Positions 13,064 to 24,973 are shown, counted from the stretch's first letter. The stretch: DNA of 64,000 nucleotides from Eledone cirrhosa (GCA_964016885.1 OZ024743.1:283402001-283466000); one strand, 5' to 3'. The notes: generated by a model not told the origin, from the letters alone. Translations and numbers: made by a program.

Positions 13064-14230
13064 CTAGATCTGCCCATCATCACGCAGACTAAAACTTTCA
13101 TGTTGTGCTGAGTTCCGACTCAAGGAAGCTGCAGCACGTGGCTTTGGACGTACATCAGGTCGTAGACCTGGGCGGGTTCGGAAGGTAATCTGATTTTCAC
13201 GCCCAACTTTAACAGAGGCCAGATGATATGAAATTGCCTCAGCGGGGTCCGAAAAAGACAGCCTGATGAGTCTGGGTTTTGGACCAAGGCGGAGAGCACC
13301 CTTTGGGGGAACACAGCCTAGGTCTTTGGCTGTGCTGGCAGCAAATGCCTGAAGATCAGCCTTGTCTTCTGGTACCCCAATGGCAATTATTTCATGGGTA
13401 GCAGATTCTGCGGTCTTCTCAGTGTGCCCAGATACGGCAAGAGGTTCAGGGAGACTCTTTAGCAAGGCATTCCGATAAGACCCCTCATTGAATGCTTGCC
13501 TTTATTCCTGTTACTTCCCTTCTTAAAGCAGAAATAATTTGTTGCAATTCTGCAAAATCTGTACTGGTCGATTGTTGTTGTTGTTGTTGCTGCTGCTGAT
13601 GCTGTTGTTGTTGTTGTTGTTGTTGTTGCTGTTGTTGATGATGATGATGATGATGATGATGTTCCTCCACGGGAATGGTAAGAGAAGACACAGTCGCCGG
13701 TTGTTGGTGTCAAGATGTACTGGGAGCAGAAGACATGGGTTGTTGTTGTTTCTGATGTTCTTCCACAGGAATAGCAGCAGAAGCCAGTGTCATAGGTTTT
13801 TGTCGTTGTTCAGTAACAATGGTAGAAGAAGATACAGTCATCGTTTTTTTTTTGTTTTTTGTTTTTTCTGTTTTTCAATAACATTGGTGGAGGCAGGCAC
13901 ACAAGCCAGGCACTGAAAGGACCAGGATTTTAGCTGGACCATCTCCCAGAGTCCATTCATCATAGCAATATGATGTCTTTTTGGGGAGCCTGGGATCCTC
14001 CGGAAGCCTGTGGCGCATTGAAGGCATACAGGGATGCGACAGGTTCCACATTCGACCCAGCGATTACAGAACGAGTTTTCGGGTTTCGTACAAATATGGC
14101 AGATGTGATTTTCTGGGCAATGTTCTATTTTGGAACATCGACCAGTTTTGTTGCATACTTCATCCATGGATATCACCATGGCAATTTTGTTATTTCTGCC
14201 CATCCGTAGAAAAACACAGAACGTAAACAA
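13064..14230 (-). pseudogene. CR1 ORF1 (N-terminal PHD-like finger, polyH/polyQ, coiled coil), frameshifted
   Basis: CHIC..WVECGTC..C..C..WSFQCLAC (13838-14230), then H9/Q-run + DFAELQQIISALRREV, then IIAIGVPE..RLGPKPRLIRLSF, which is typical of CR1 ORF1. Confidence 0.75.
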
Positions 14231-14356
14231 TATAGGTTTAGCACACTTGATTACGATAGAAATAAAATGTTTGTTTTTTGTTTTTTTGTGTAGTTTTTGT
14301 TTCCGTTTTCCTAAATATTGTGTGTGTGTGTGTGCAAAAGGATCTGCGCATGTATG

Positions 14357-14764
14357 TGTAGTGACCTACATTCCGCGGGCTCACATACATTCTCTGTGCG
14401 TGATTTGGCTCAGCTCAGCCAATCAACGCCAGTAGAAGAGGATGTATCCCTACGCGCCCTGAGGGAGAAATTCCCCGCGAAAATTTGAAGAATCTCTCTC
14501 TCGCACCCGGAACTTCGAACCAGCAACACGTACAACATGTGACGGTGAGATTTTGCACTTTGGCCTGCCGGCTTTCCTTGGGCCTGGCACAATGGCACAT
14601 TCCCTTTTGTAACCTCATTTTATGTGTAACTTCAACCATACAAGTTAACAAACATTATTTGTGCTACAACAAAAATAAACATACATTTCATCTCTAATTT
14701 CTGCTGTTGACATCATTATTATGTTACTCGTGTCTCAATAACATTTATATACTATGCTACTAAA
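14357..14764 (+). repeat. 5' LTR (408 bp)
   Basis: Begins TGTAGT and ends ACTAAA. Direct repeat of 16151-16533. Contains AATAAA. Confidence 0.92.
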
Positions 14765-14766
14765 AG

Positions 14767-14784
14767 TGGTGACCCCGACGTGAT
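14767..14784 (+). promoter_or_regulatory. Primer binding site complementary to the 3' 18 nt of tRNA-Trp
   Basis: TGGTGACCCCGACGTGAT, 2 nt after the LTR. It is the reverse complement of the metazoan tRNA-Trp end ATCACGTCGGGGTCA-CCA. Confidence 0.92.
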
Positions 14785-16137
14785 GAATATTTTCAGTTCA
14801 AAATATTCCTTTTGAAATGAGATTAAAATTCGCAGTTTAGGTATGAAAAAAAAAAAAAAAAATTTACGCCACGATGAAATTTCAAAACGGCTACCACCAA
14901 GTACCAGCCATCAGCAGCAACACATGGTTAACTACTAACCAACACCAGGGAATGGCGATGTGGCAGCTTGTAACTTTACCGACGCAACCACCATACCTTC
15001 TGTCTCGTTACCACAAGGACTCGAGAAATTAAGACATCAGTCTTCTCACCACTATGGCGTCAGACGTGGCTGCCAATTGGTGACTCTGGTTTCTTCAACG
15101 CTCGACTTCGACTCTACAGAAGATTCATTGTGACTTTACTTTAACAACAACAACAACTCTACTAGCTCCCTAGTAAGAGCGATCCCAAAGAAATTTCAAA
15201 GAAAAGAAAAGCGAACTTTTTGTTAAAAGAAAAGAAACAATTCTTTCTTTCTTCCTTTTTTTTTCAGGCTTTTGTTTTGGATATTTATTTTTTTTAAACT
15301 GTATTATATGGAAATTCATTTTTTTCTATCATTGTATATATGACTGAACCCACACATTACATGCCTGCATATGCACACATTTCTTTGTCACCCACCAACA
15401 TGTTGTTCTTAGTATATGTTCTTCAAACGTAATATTCTGCGAGATCCCTTTTCATCTGGTTGAGGTGCCGTCACATGCTAACGACTAATAGAGCTTAATT
15501 CACCTGGATTCAAACAGGCACCGCAACACGAGAATGCTAATTGCAGCTGAACTCAAACAGTTTCGCATCTCGCTGCACACTCATCGTCCATAACAACCTC
15601 CATCTTGTTACCTTACCCGACTCGCTGGGAAAACAACAAATAGAACTGGACTTGTCAGCATTTCCACCACTTCTGTGGATTCGCCCGAATTATGGAATTT
15701 ACACTGTAACTACTACCCACCTACAGATTAACTTGCTTTTTTCTTTTCAAAGCAACCAGCCATTTCTTCCTGGCTCCCTAGCACTTTCGGCAATACATCT
15801 GGGAGGCCAACATTTTCTCGCCTACCCATCATCTTCTTGCCAGCACTGGTAAACTACCATAATAGCTTCATCCACAACTACTGGTACAACACTTACCATT
15901 AACATTTAATGCAAGAACAGCAACTTGGCCCATGCCAGACTTTATCCATTTTCTGTTAGACCTTTGGTGGTCACGTATAAACTACAAAACAGCTAGTCAT
16001 TTGACACAGCGGCTCAACACGGCCCTTAGCGCCTCATTTTTTTTCTTGCATGCATCCTTCTGCTCAATTATTTTTTCACTGATGTGCTCTTTCAGCATTT
16101 TTTCTTGTTGATTCACCATCTGTATCGTCTTCCGTCT

Positions 16138-16147
16138 AGAGGGGGGG
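16138..16147 (+). promoter_or_regulatory. Polypurine tract
   Basis: AGAGGGGGGG lies 3 nt upstream of the 3' LTR. Confidence 0.85.
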
Positions 16148-16150
16148 TAT

Positions 16151-16533
16151 TGTAGTGACCTACATTCCGCGGGCTCACATACATTATCTGTGCGTGATTT
16201 GGCTCAGCTCAGCCAATCAACGCCAGTAGAAGAGGATGTATCCCTACGCGAAAATTTGAAGAATCTCTCTCACACTCGGAACTTCGAACCAGCAACACGT
16301 ACAACATGTGACGGTGAGATTTTGCACTTTGGCCTGCCGGCTTTCCTTGGGCCTGGCACAATGGCACATTCCCTTTTGTAACCTCATTTTATGTGTAACT
16401 TCAACCATACAAGTTAACAAACATTATTTGTGCTACAACAAAAATAAACATACATTTCATCTCTAATTTCTGCTGTTGACATCATTATTATGTTACTCGT
16501 GTCTCAATAACATTTATATACTATGCTGCTAAA
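16151..16533 (+). repeat. 3' LTR (383 bp)
   Basis: Differs from the 5' LTR by a 23-bp deletion between CGCG microhomologies, a 2-bp (TC) indel and about 4 substitutions. Confidence 0.92.
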
Positions 16534-17140
16534 TATGTATAATTTAAAAAAAAAAAAAAGTATATATATATATATATTAAAGAGTTAAACAAGATTCAAT
16601 GAGTATATCAAAGAATGAGTTTTACAGTAGATTGGAAGCACTCTACGAAAATAATTTCCCAGAGTTATTAATATTAAAATACAAATATTAATAATATATA
16701 TATATATATATACAAACCCATGTAAGCACGGGGAATAGATTTTAAACAGAAATGAAGTCAGTAGTTTTACAGGAGTTTACGATACTTTCATTATAGTCTC
16801 TCACACTAAATAGTGTGATTTATTTTCAAGTGTGTGTATATATGTGTGTATGTTGCTGTTTTATAGAGTTTGGATGTACTTACTGTCGTCCAACGTCGAT
16901 TTGTTAGTTTTTATCCCCTCGTGTCCACACGCGGTGAAAAATATAATTTACTTCGTCAATAAAAAAAAAAAAATGGTGAAGAAAGTTGTGATATTTTTCA
17001 TACTGGTTTTACAAGTAAGGGAAAAGTTAAACTATTCTTAATAGTGGAGTTTGCAATCCATCTGACGTGTGATATTAGCAATTAGCATCTTCACTCTTTC
17101 ATGTCAAACCCATGCAAGCATGTAGAAGCGGACATGAAAG

Positions 17141-17178
<38 letters not shown>

Positions 17179-17360
17179 TATATAGTGTGTATGTATATAT
17201 ATTTATGCATACACATACTATATATATATGCACACACACATATATATATATATATATATAAACTGCTGGACTAACAACCTAGCAGCTCCCTCAAGCACTG
17301 ATGGTGATTATCGCTAAATATTGATGTTGATTTGGTTATCAATATTAATATTATTGGGCA

Positions 17361-17483
17361 CCCACTGAAGAATTATAAGAGCCCACTTGAATAAGTATCT
17401 GTTGATCTTATACAAGCTTCTACATAAATTGGTATAATTTCACCCAACTTGTAGAAATCTTATAATGAAACGAGTCGTCTGGG
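17361..17483 (+). ncRNA. Type I hammerhead ribozyme with a canonical core and expanded stem II
   Basis: Stem I CCCA/TGGG; CTGAAGA at 17365-17371; stem II ATTATAAGA/TCTTATAAT enclosing 77 nt; GAAA at 17467-17470; stem III ACG-agt-CGT; GTC triplet with a predicted cut after 17479. Confidence 0.75.
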
Positions 17484-19309
17484 AAGTGATATATTTGATA
17501 TATCTCATATGAAATGATACAGCCAATTTTCCACACAATACAATTAGTTAGCACCCCGAACGTTTAATTAGGAATATACTCAGGTATTTCCTAATGTTTG
17601 TTGAGTGAGTTGGAATTTGGCCGGAGTATCGCTATTAGCTTTTTCCGATTATGTATTTATATATATATATATATATACTCAACCCTGCCGTCTGGAGTAA
17701 AAGAACACCAGAGCAGTTGTTTACCCACGAAAATATATGAAGGGCATAGCTACAAAAGATTTTCCACATCATAACTCACACTCATTACAAGAGTTGAGTA
17801 CAGGTCTCTAGTTTCATATTCCTTAACTCTTTACTATAATACTGCAATTTTTCGCAAAATCTATCTTCTAGTAAAAATACTATAAACATTTGAATTTACA
17901 AACCCATATTTAAATATTTTCGATCAAATCGTTACAGGATGTTAAATATCAAAGTCTACATCACACAAGATCCCACATGTTCCAGCAATTATACTTTCCT
18001 GCCAAAATACTAAGGAAAATTTAGCCAATGATGGAATCACTACAGGGTGGCTTGATCTGCTGGAAATAGCTGCCAAAACATTCTTAAATCACGCACTAAA
18101 TTTCTAGAAAAAGTAATTGGGGGTTTATTATTATAACCATAGAAGGATTATTATTATAACCATAGCAGGCTCTCCATGTATCTGAAAAAATAAAAAAGAT
18201 TGTTTGATATGCCTTTGATCATAGATCTATTTGATCAGCATTGATCTAGGACAAATTAGTGTTTTTATTTTTCAACTTCTCATAATGCACAACTTAAAGC
18301 ATTCTGACATTCTGCATTACAAGCAGTGGCCTTCAAAGGGTTCTTTAAAATGTAAAAGGGGATATTGAGAAATTGAGATCTTTGCAAAGATTATTAGAAA
18401 GATAAGTAAAATGGGAATTGAAAATAGTTTATAAATTCCACTCATAAACTTACCTCTGTACCCATGGCTTGTACCTGGATATTTAGCACCCTAGGCTAGC
18501 CCTACAATGCGCACCACATTATTCTCCCAAATAAAATAATTTCAAATTAGTTAACAAACTTAGTTTTTGACACTTCTTGTTCTGACCACACTATGAAAAT
18601 TGCTAAGCCTGTATTTTCTCCTACACAGTCCGCACTCACCCACACCAAATTATATCACAATGACATATGACCCACTCTACTGCTTTGGATATTTCCACAA
18701 TGCTGTTATGCAGCCATGATATTTAGAGATTTATTTATTGATCAAAGAATATTATATATTTAAGTTAATAATACAAATTTCTATATAACTATGATCCTCT
18801 AAGGTTTAGTAATGTACCTTTCTGAGATTTACACCCTAGGTAGCTGCCGAGTTGGTCTTAATGGCAGCTTCAACCCTGGCCACACTGGAGTGCTCCAAAA
18901 GTTGAAATTATAATATTCCAGAAACATAAGAGTCTTTGTCAATCAATTTATTGGATATTAAGATTTTCATTTCAAATTTGTTAAACACATGTTCAGTTAT
19001 GTTAATATCTAAAAAGAAATAGAATCGGTCACATCTGGATATTTATACATGTGGAGCAGGCAAATAGATAAACAGACATTTCTCCTTGGAAATACAATTA
19101 TAGTTATATATGAAATGGAGGGGGTAAAAAATCTTGTGAATTTTTCATTCAACCAGAAAACTCATTTTCCTAATGTCGTTGGAACTAGGCTTTGACTGTT
19201 AAAATTTCTTCAGAGATGAGATGAAAGATAATATATTACTATGACAGTTAAACATGGAGAAACTTGAAATATGTTTGTTATGTTTATGATAATATCTGAT
19301 GATTCTGAT

Positions 19310-19525
19310 AATAATGGTTTTTGATTTAGGCACAAAGCCAGCAATTTGGGAAGAAGGGAAAGTTGATTAAATAGACCCCAATGCATTACTAGTACTCTAT
19401 TTTATCGACACTGTAAGGATGAAAGGCAAAGCTTACTTCAGCGGGATTTGAATTCAGAACGCAAAGGGCTGTAATTCTATTCCACTAAGTATGTTGTCTA
19501 ATGCTCTACTGATTCTGCCAAGGTA
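19310..19525 (-). mobile_element. Diverged SINE family A
   Basis: Reverse complement of the gcctttcatcctt..gtcgataaaat domain and the tRNA-like head. Confidence 0.65.
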
Positions 19526-19989
19526 ATAATGGAGAAAAGCATGACTGTAGGGTTAAGAAATTTGCTTTGCAACCAAGTGGTTCCAGGTTCAGTCCCACTG
19601 CACTGCACTTTGGACAAGTGTTTTCTACCATATTGTTGAGTAATATCTTCTAAGTGAAAATTTTATAAATGGAAACCGTACAAAAGCCCATATATATATA
19701 TGAACCATATTTGACAGCTTATAAGCTACATGGGCTTAGGAGAAGCACCTCAATTTCAGCAGGCATTTAAAAATAATACATAAATAGGCGTAAATGACGA
19801 ATGTCAGTTGAAGGGTATAAAATTTGTACATTGTATTTTTTTAGTATCATTTTACATCATAATATTTTGTACATTTTTAAAACAAGGAAGTATGAAAATT
19901 TAATTTTAAACTGCAGCACTAGAACTTTACTAGTCAGTAACTTAAACTAACCTTTTAAGACACAAACGTAATTTTCTGGGACATTTTTT

Positions 19990-20162
19990 ATCGGTAGAGC
20001 GTTGGACACCATGCTTTGCAGCATAGAGTTACGGCCCTTTATGATCTGAGTTCAAATCCAACCGAGGTTAACTTTGCCTTTCATCCTTATGGGGTCGATA
20101 AAATATAGTACCAGTAATACACGGGGATAATTGCTGGCCTTGTGCCAAAAGTAGAAACAATT
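19990..20162 (+). mobile_element. SINE family A
   Basis: B-box GAGTTCAAATC followed by gcctttcatccttatggggtcgataaaat and the tail gccttgtgccaaaagtagaaac. Confidence 0.8.
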
Positions 20163-20639
20163 TCTACAATTGTATGCCCTTCCTAATACCAACCACTTTA
20201 CAGAATGCACTGGATGCCTTTTATCATGGTACCTATACTAGGAGCCATTTTCTCTCTTCTCTCTCTTTCTCTCTCTCAATTTCTCTATCTCCCTTTTTCT
20301 CTCTCCCTCACTCTCTATCTCTCTGCGTCGCTCTCAACCTCCCCCCATCTCTCTCTTCCTTTCTCCCCTTCTCTCTTACCCACTCACTCCATTTTTCTCT
20401 CTTATGAGTCCAATGACAGTGAAAGAGTGATAGAGATTAATGGAAGATAACCGGAGTTATAGGAATAAAAAGATGGTAGCCGAGAGAGGGTGAAGGAAGT
20501 GATCGGAATGAGACAAGGTGATAAAAGAGGGAGTACTAGAAGTGACAGAATGATGGATAGCAATAATGATGGGTGATAGTAAGAGAGTGGAAGTACAAAA
20601 TAATACAATAATTGTACAACCTTTTTGTCCATCTGACAT

Positions 20640-20830
20640 GTGAACACAATATTGTCAAAAACGCTTCTAAATTTTTTTTTAACTCATCAAACACAAATGT
20701 TCCTCTCACCATATTGCAGATTTTGGTGGTCTTATTCGTGCCAGTCACCAATCTGGTACTTTCTCAAACTTGCGAATACAAGGCTTTTTTTAGAGGCAGC
20801 CTTTAGTCAGGCTTGTGATGGGATACAGGT
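20640..20830 (-). pseudogene. Possible piggyBac transposase C-terminal Cys-rich relic
   Basis: Across a frameshift the minus strand reads KTTKICNM / EEHLCLMS..KN.EAF, resembling the C-x2-C..HLCL..NCF..FH domain. Heavily decayed. Confidence 0.3.
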
Positions 20831-21854
20831 TCTTTTGTTAAACAGTAATGTCATCGGATAAATACGGCTCATGTCAAAGGCCTTATCGCATGGGGTAAAG
20901 AATGTGGGACTCAAAGGCGCATTACCTACTATGTTGTTAGTATCAGTTGTGTTTTTGTCCCTACTTCCACCAATAGCCTCATGGTTGTTTCTGCTACTAT
21001 TGTTTCTGTGTCTCCCATTGTTTCTTCTGTCCCTATATATATACACACATATACACTAACAAACACAGAGAACAAAATAACAAAAGAGTATTTTCCTTTT
21101 TGTGCTATGTGTAAAGACTCCAGAGTCATTGAATGTCTTAAAGAAAGACAGCCAGTGAAGAGAAAAGGGGGAGGTAATAAAAATAGACAAAATAGTTGAA
21201 TATATACAACAGGCATCTTGTTGATTTATTAGTGACATTTATAAGAATACATGAATAAACAAGTTTGGCTATAACCAAATAATTGGAACCATTATTATCT
21301 TTTAAAATTCTTCAAATCGCAAAAAAGTTTTGTTAATGTCTGTGTGTGTATGTTTGAGTGAATGAATATGTATGTGTGTACGGATTAATAAGGAAAGTTA
21401 TAAACTATTGTAAATAAACCTATTTATGTGTGTAAGTATGTATATGTGTGTATGTATGTGTGTATGTTTGTATGTGCATGTTTCTGTGTGTATGTGGGTG
21501 GATGTGGAGTAGGTGTGTATGTGTGTGCATGTGTATGTTTGTGTTAGTGTGTAGGTGTGTGTGTGTATGCATGTGACAATGTTGCGATATATGAGAAGTC
21601 ATGCTGACATCTCCGAAACTGTTGGGATGATATTGAACTCTGAAAGAATTCTAAGCAGGAAGCAGTAAGCTGAAAATGGATGTAACAACAACAGCAACAA
21701 CAACAATGATATGAAATGATAAATGAAGAGGGTTGAGGAGAAAAAAAAGGAAGAAAGGTAGATTTGGTTAGTACATTGTGACAATGGAGAGCATCTGTTG
21801 AGTAGACTTTCCAACTAACGCTAACAGCTTTAAATGGACTTTAAACTAAATAAT

Positions 21855-22210
21855 GATGGTGGCGGTAGTCATGGTGGTGTGTCAGTGGTGCTGGTTGGTG
21901 GTTTGTGGTGGTGATAGAGGTGGTGGTGGTGCTGGTGATGATGAAGGCGTTTGTGGTGGTGATGATGATGATGAAAGTGTTTGTGGTAGTCATAGTGGCA
22001 GTGGTTGTGGCAGTGGTGATGGTGATGGGGTAGTGAAGGTGTTTGTGGTGGTGGTGGTGGTGGTGATGGTGGTGAGGATGATGATGAAAGTGTTTGTGGT
22101 AGTCATAGTGGTGGTGGTGGTGATTGTAATGTTGATAATGATCATGATGACTGTAATGACAATAAGAGGGACAGATGATGATAACAATGATAATGGTAGT
22201 GGTTAGGGGG
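21855..22210. repeat. Compound (GGT/GAT)n trinucleotide array
   Basis: Directly visible low-complexity repeat. Confidence 0.9.
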
Positions 22211-22867
22211 CAGTAATAATGATAGAAAATTTTTAAAAAATATTTTTGAAGCATCTGAAGTGGCCATCTTAAAAAGTAGAATTCTAAGTGTATTCTTACT
22301 ATACCATTTTAGATATTCAAACTCTGTATGAAATGTTGACTAGATAAAAAAAATATGTATACCCTCATCATCATCATCATCATCATCATCACTGTCTTAT
22401 GTCTTTGTTCCACACTGGGTTGGATGGGTTGACATATTCTGAGACTAGACAGGTCAGATGACTACTTCATGCTCATACATTTCATATTTGGCATGGTTTC
22501 TACTGTTGGATGCCCTTCTTAATGCCAACCACCTTACAGAGTTGACTGAGTTCATTTTTTTCGTGGCACAAGCACTATCATTTTACAGACTGGACTGGGT
22601 GCATTTTATTGTGGCACCAGTACTACCAATTTACAGGATGAATTTGATGGATTTTATCATGGTACCAGTACTAGAGAGGTTGTTATATGCTTGTCCAGAC
22701 TGAAGTGTCCTTTCAGACCAAATATTGTCTCCATTTGATCACATACACTGTAGCCCCCAGTCTTTTAATATAATGAAGGGCAACTTATTCTTAACTCTTT
22801 TATGACTGTATTTCTAATGAAATACACTGAAGAATTCAAATGAATTTACTAAAATTGTTTCATTATT

Positions 22868-23280
22868 TGGATTGGCAGTATCGGTAGAGGGTCGGACGCC
22901 ATGCTTTAACTCATAGAGTTACGGTCCTTGCCATTCTGAGTTCAAATCCCGCCGAGGTTAACTTTGCCTTTCATCCTTACGGGGTCGATAAAATAAAGCA
23001 CCAGTAGCGTACTGGGGTCGATTTAATCGATTTTCCTCTCCTCCAAAATCGCTGGCCTTGTGCCTATATAAGAAACCATTATTAAGATATGAGTGGATTG
23101 GCAGTATCAGTAGAGGGTCGGACGCCATGCTTTGAAGCATAGAGTTACCTCCCTTTATGATCTGAGTTCAAATCCCGCCGAGGTTAACTTTACCTTTCAT
23201 CCTTACGGGGTCGATAAAATAAAGTACCAGTAATGCACTGGGTAATTGCTGGCCTTGTGCCAAAAAGTAAAAACAATTAT
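22868..23280 (+). mobile_element. Two tandem SINE family A copies
   Basis: A-box TGGCAGTATCGG and B-box GAGTTCAAATC occur twice. The second copy is flanked by the direct repeat attattaagatatgagtg (23078-23095 / 23276-23293). Confidence 0.88.
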
Positions 23281-23384
23281 TAAGATATGAGTGTTGGCTG
23301 AAAAGTTCATAGGTTGACTTTAAAAGAGTGATGCTAGAGCTATGAAATCTTGCATTCATTAATTTCAATTTTTCTTATTAATAA

Positions 23385-24973
23385 CTGTGAGGCAATTACA
23401 GGAAAAGTACCTAGCTAAAAGTAAGCCACTCTACTTGGCATTTGTCGACCTTGAGAAAGCCTTTGACAGAGTTCCACGTGCTGTAATCTGGTGGGCTCTT
23501 AGAAAACTAGGAGTAGATGAATGGCTTGTGAAAGCGGTACAAGCCATGTATAGGGGAGCAGTCAGAAAAGTTAGGATTAGCAATGAGTATAGCGAGGAAT
23601 TTAGCGTACAGGTTGGGGTCCACCAGGGCTCTGTTCTTAGCCCCCTCCTATTCATCATAGTCCTGCAGGCAATAACGGAGGAGTTTAAGACCGGATGCCC
23701 ATGGGAACTCCTGTATGCTGATGACCTTGCACTCATAGCTGAATCTATGGTAGAACTAGAGAAGAAATTCCAAACGTGGAAGCAGGGACTAGACAGAAAG
23801 GGTCTCAAAGTCAACATGACAAAGACTAAGGTCCTTGTAAGTAGACGAGAAAACAGAACCCAGATCCCCTCAGGGAAATGGCCTTGCTCAGTATGTAGGA
23901 AAGGTGTAGGTAGGAACTCCATTCTCTGCCCCAAATGCAAACAATGGGTACACAAGAGATGTAGCGGGATCTCAGGAAGCTTAATTAAGAATCTAGGCTT
24001 CACATGCAGCAGCTGTACTGAGACAGCAAGCAGCAAACAGCCACAGGAAACAAGTACCACCAATCTCTGGGAGGGCTCTGTAGACACAGTAGACAGCTTC
24101 TGCTACCTAGGTGACCGAATTAGCAGTGGAGGTGGGTGTTCAGAAAGTACAATAACTAGGGTAAGAACGGGATGGAAGAAGTTTAGAGAACTACTACCAC
24201 TGCTAGCTGCAAAAGGCTTCTCCCTCAGAATGAAAGGCAGACTGTATGATGCGTGTATCCGAACAGCAATGTTGCATGGTAGTGAGACCTGGGCGCTGAA
24301 GGTGGAAGACTTACGTAGATTAGAGAGAAACGAAGCCTGCATGCTCCGATGGATGTGCAACAGTAATATACATGAACGACAAAGCATAAATGAATTGAGA
24401 GAGAGACTGAGCATAAGAGGAATCAAATGCTGTGTGCAGGAGAGGCGGTTGCGCTGGTATGGACATGTGATGCGTATGAAGGATGACAGCTGCATAAAAA
24501 GGTGCAGAGCACTAGAAGTTGATGGAAACCGCGGAGTGGGGAGACTGAAGATGACCTGGGATGAGGTGATAAAAGCCGACCTTACCCAATTACACCTCTC
24601 AAAGGTGTAATTGGGTAAGGTGTCACGCAGTAATACAGAGTACCCGACCTCCCATGGGTACAAGCTGAAGCATATAGACAATATGCCCCCCCCCCCCCCC
24701 ACCGCAAGGTGGTCGTGGAGGTGCCACGGCAAAAAAGCACCCAGCCCACACTGTAAAGTGGACGTGTAGGCGCCACGAAAAAGCACCCAGCACTCATTGT
24801 AAATGAGGTTGGTGTTAGGAAGGGCATCCAGCTATAGAAATCAAGCCAGATCAGTTCCTGTATGAGCAAGGCATGGTCAGCCGACCAGACACTGCCCACA
24901 ACAGGACAACCCATCTAACCCATGCTAGCGTGGAAGAACGGACGTAAAACGGTGATGATGATGATGATGATGA
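23385..24973 (+). mobile_element. 5'-truncated RTE-clade LINE
   Basis: RT ORF followed by a 3' UTR ending ggacgtaaaacggt(gat)n. Confidence 0.9.
23387..24610 (+). pseudogene. RTE reverse transcriptase C-terminal part (407 aa) with an embedded PHD-like Cys/His finger
   Basis: FVDLEKAFDRVPR, GVHQGSVLSP, YADD, CSVC..CPKC..HKRC..CSSC, FCYLG, RRLRWYGHVMR. No APE domain, consistent with 5' truncation. Confidence 0.88.

Larger units (their letters stand above)
9985..14350 (-). mobile_element. CR1-clade LINE, near full length, inactivated by frameshifts
   Basis: PHD-containing ORF1, APE-RT ORF2, 3' UTR and (TTA)n tail. The 3' end is homologous to 28955-29422. Confidence 0.9.
14357..16533 (+). mobile_element. 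Non-autonomous Gypsy-type LTR retroelement (TRIM/LARD-like)
   Basis: LTRs at 14357-14764 and 16151-16533, PBS, PPT and a 4-bp TSD TATG (14353-14356 / 16534-16537). The ~1.4-kb interior has no gag/pol-length ORF. Confidence 0.92.

Noticed and set aside
15541-15852. 103-aa ORF as an intact gag
   Set aside because: Non-ATG start, short, and only a faint resemblance to a gag motif. At most a relic.
23431-24786. Long antisense ORFs over the RTE (and over Tx1 at 53669-56963)
   Set aside because: Shadow frames of retroelement coding sequence.
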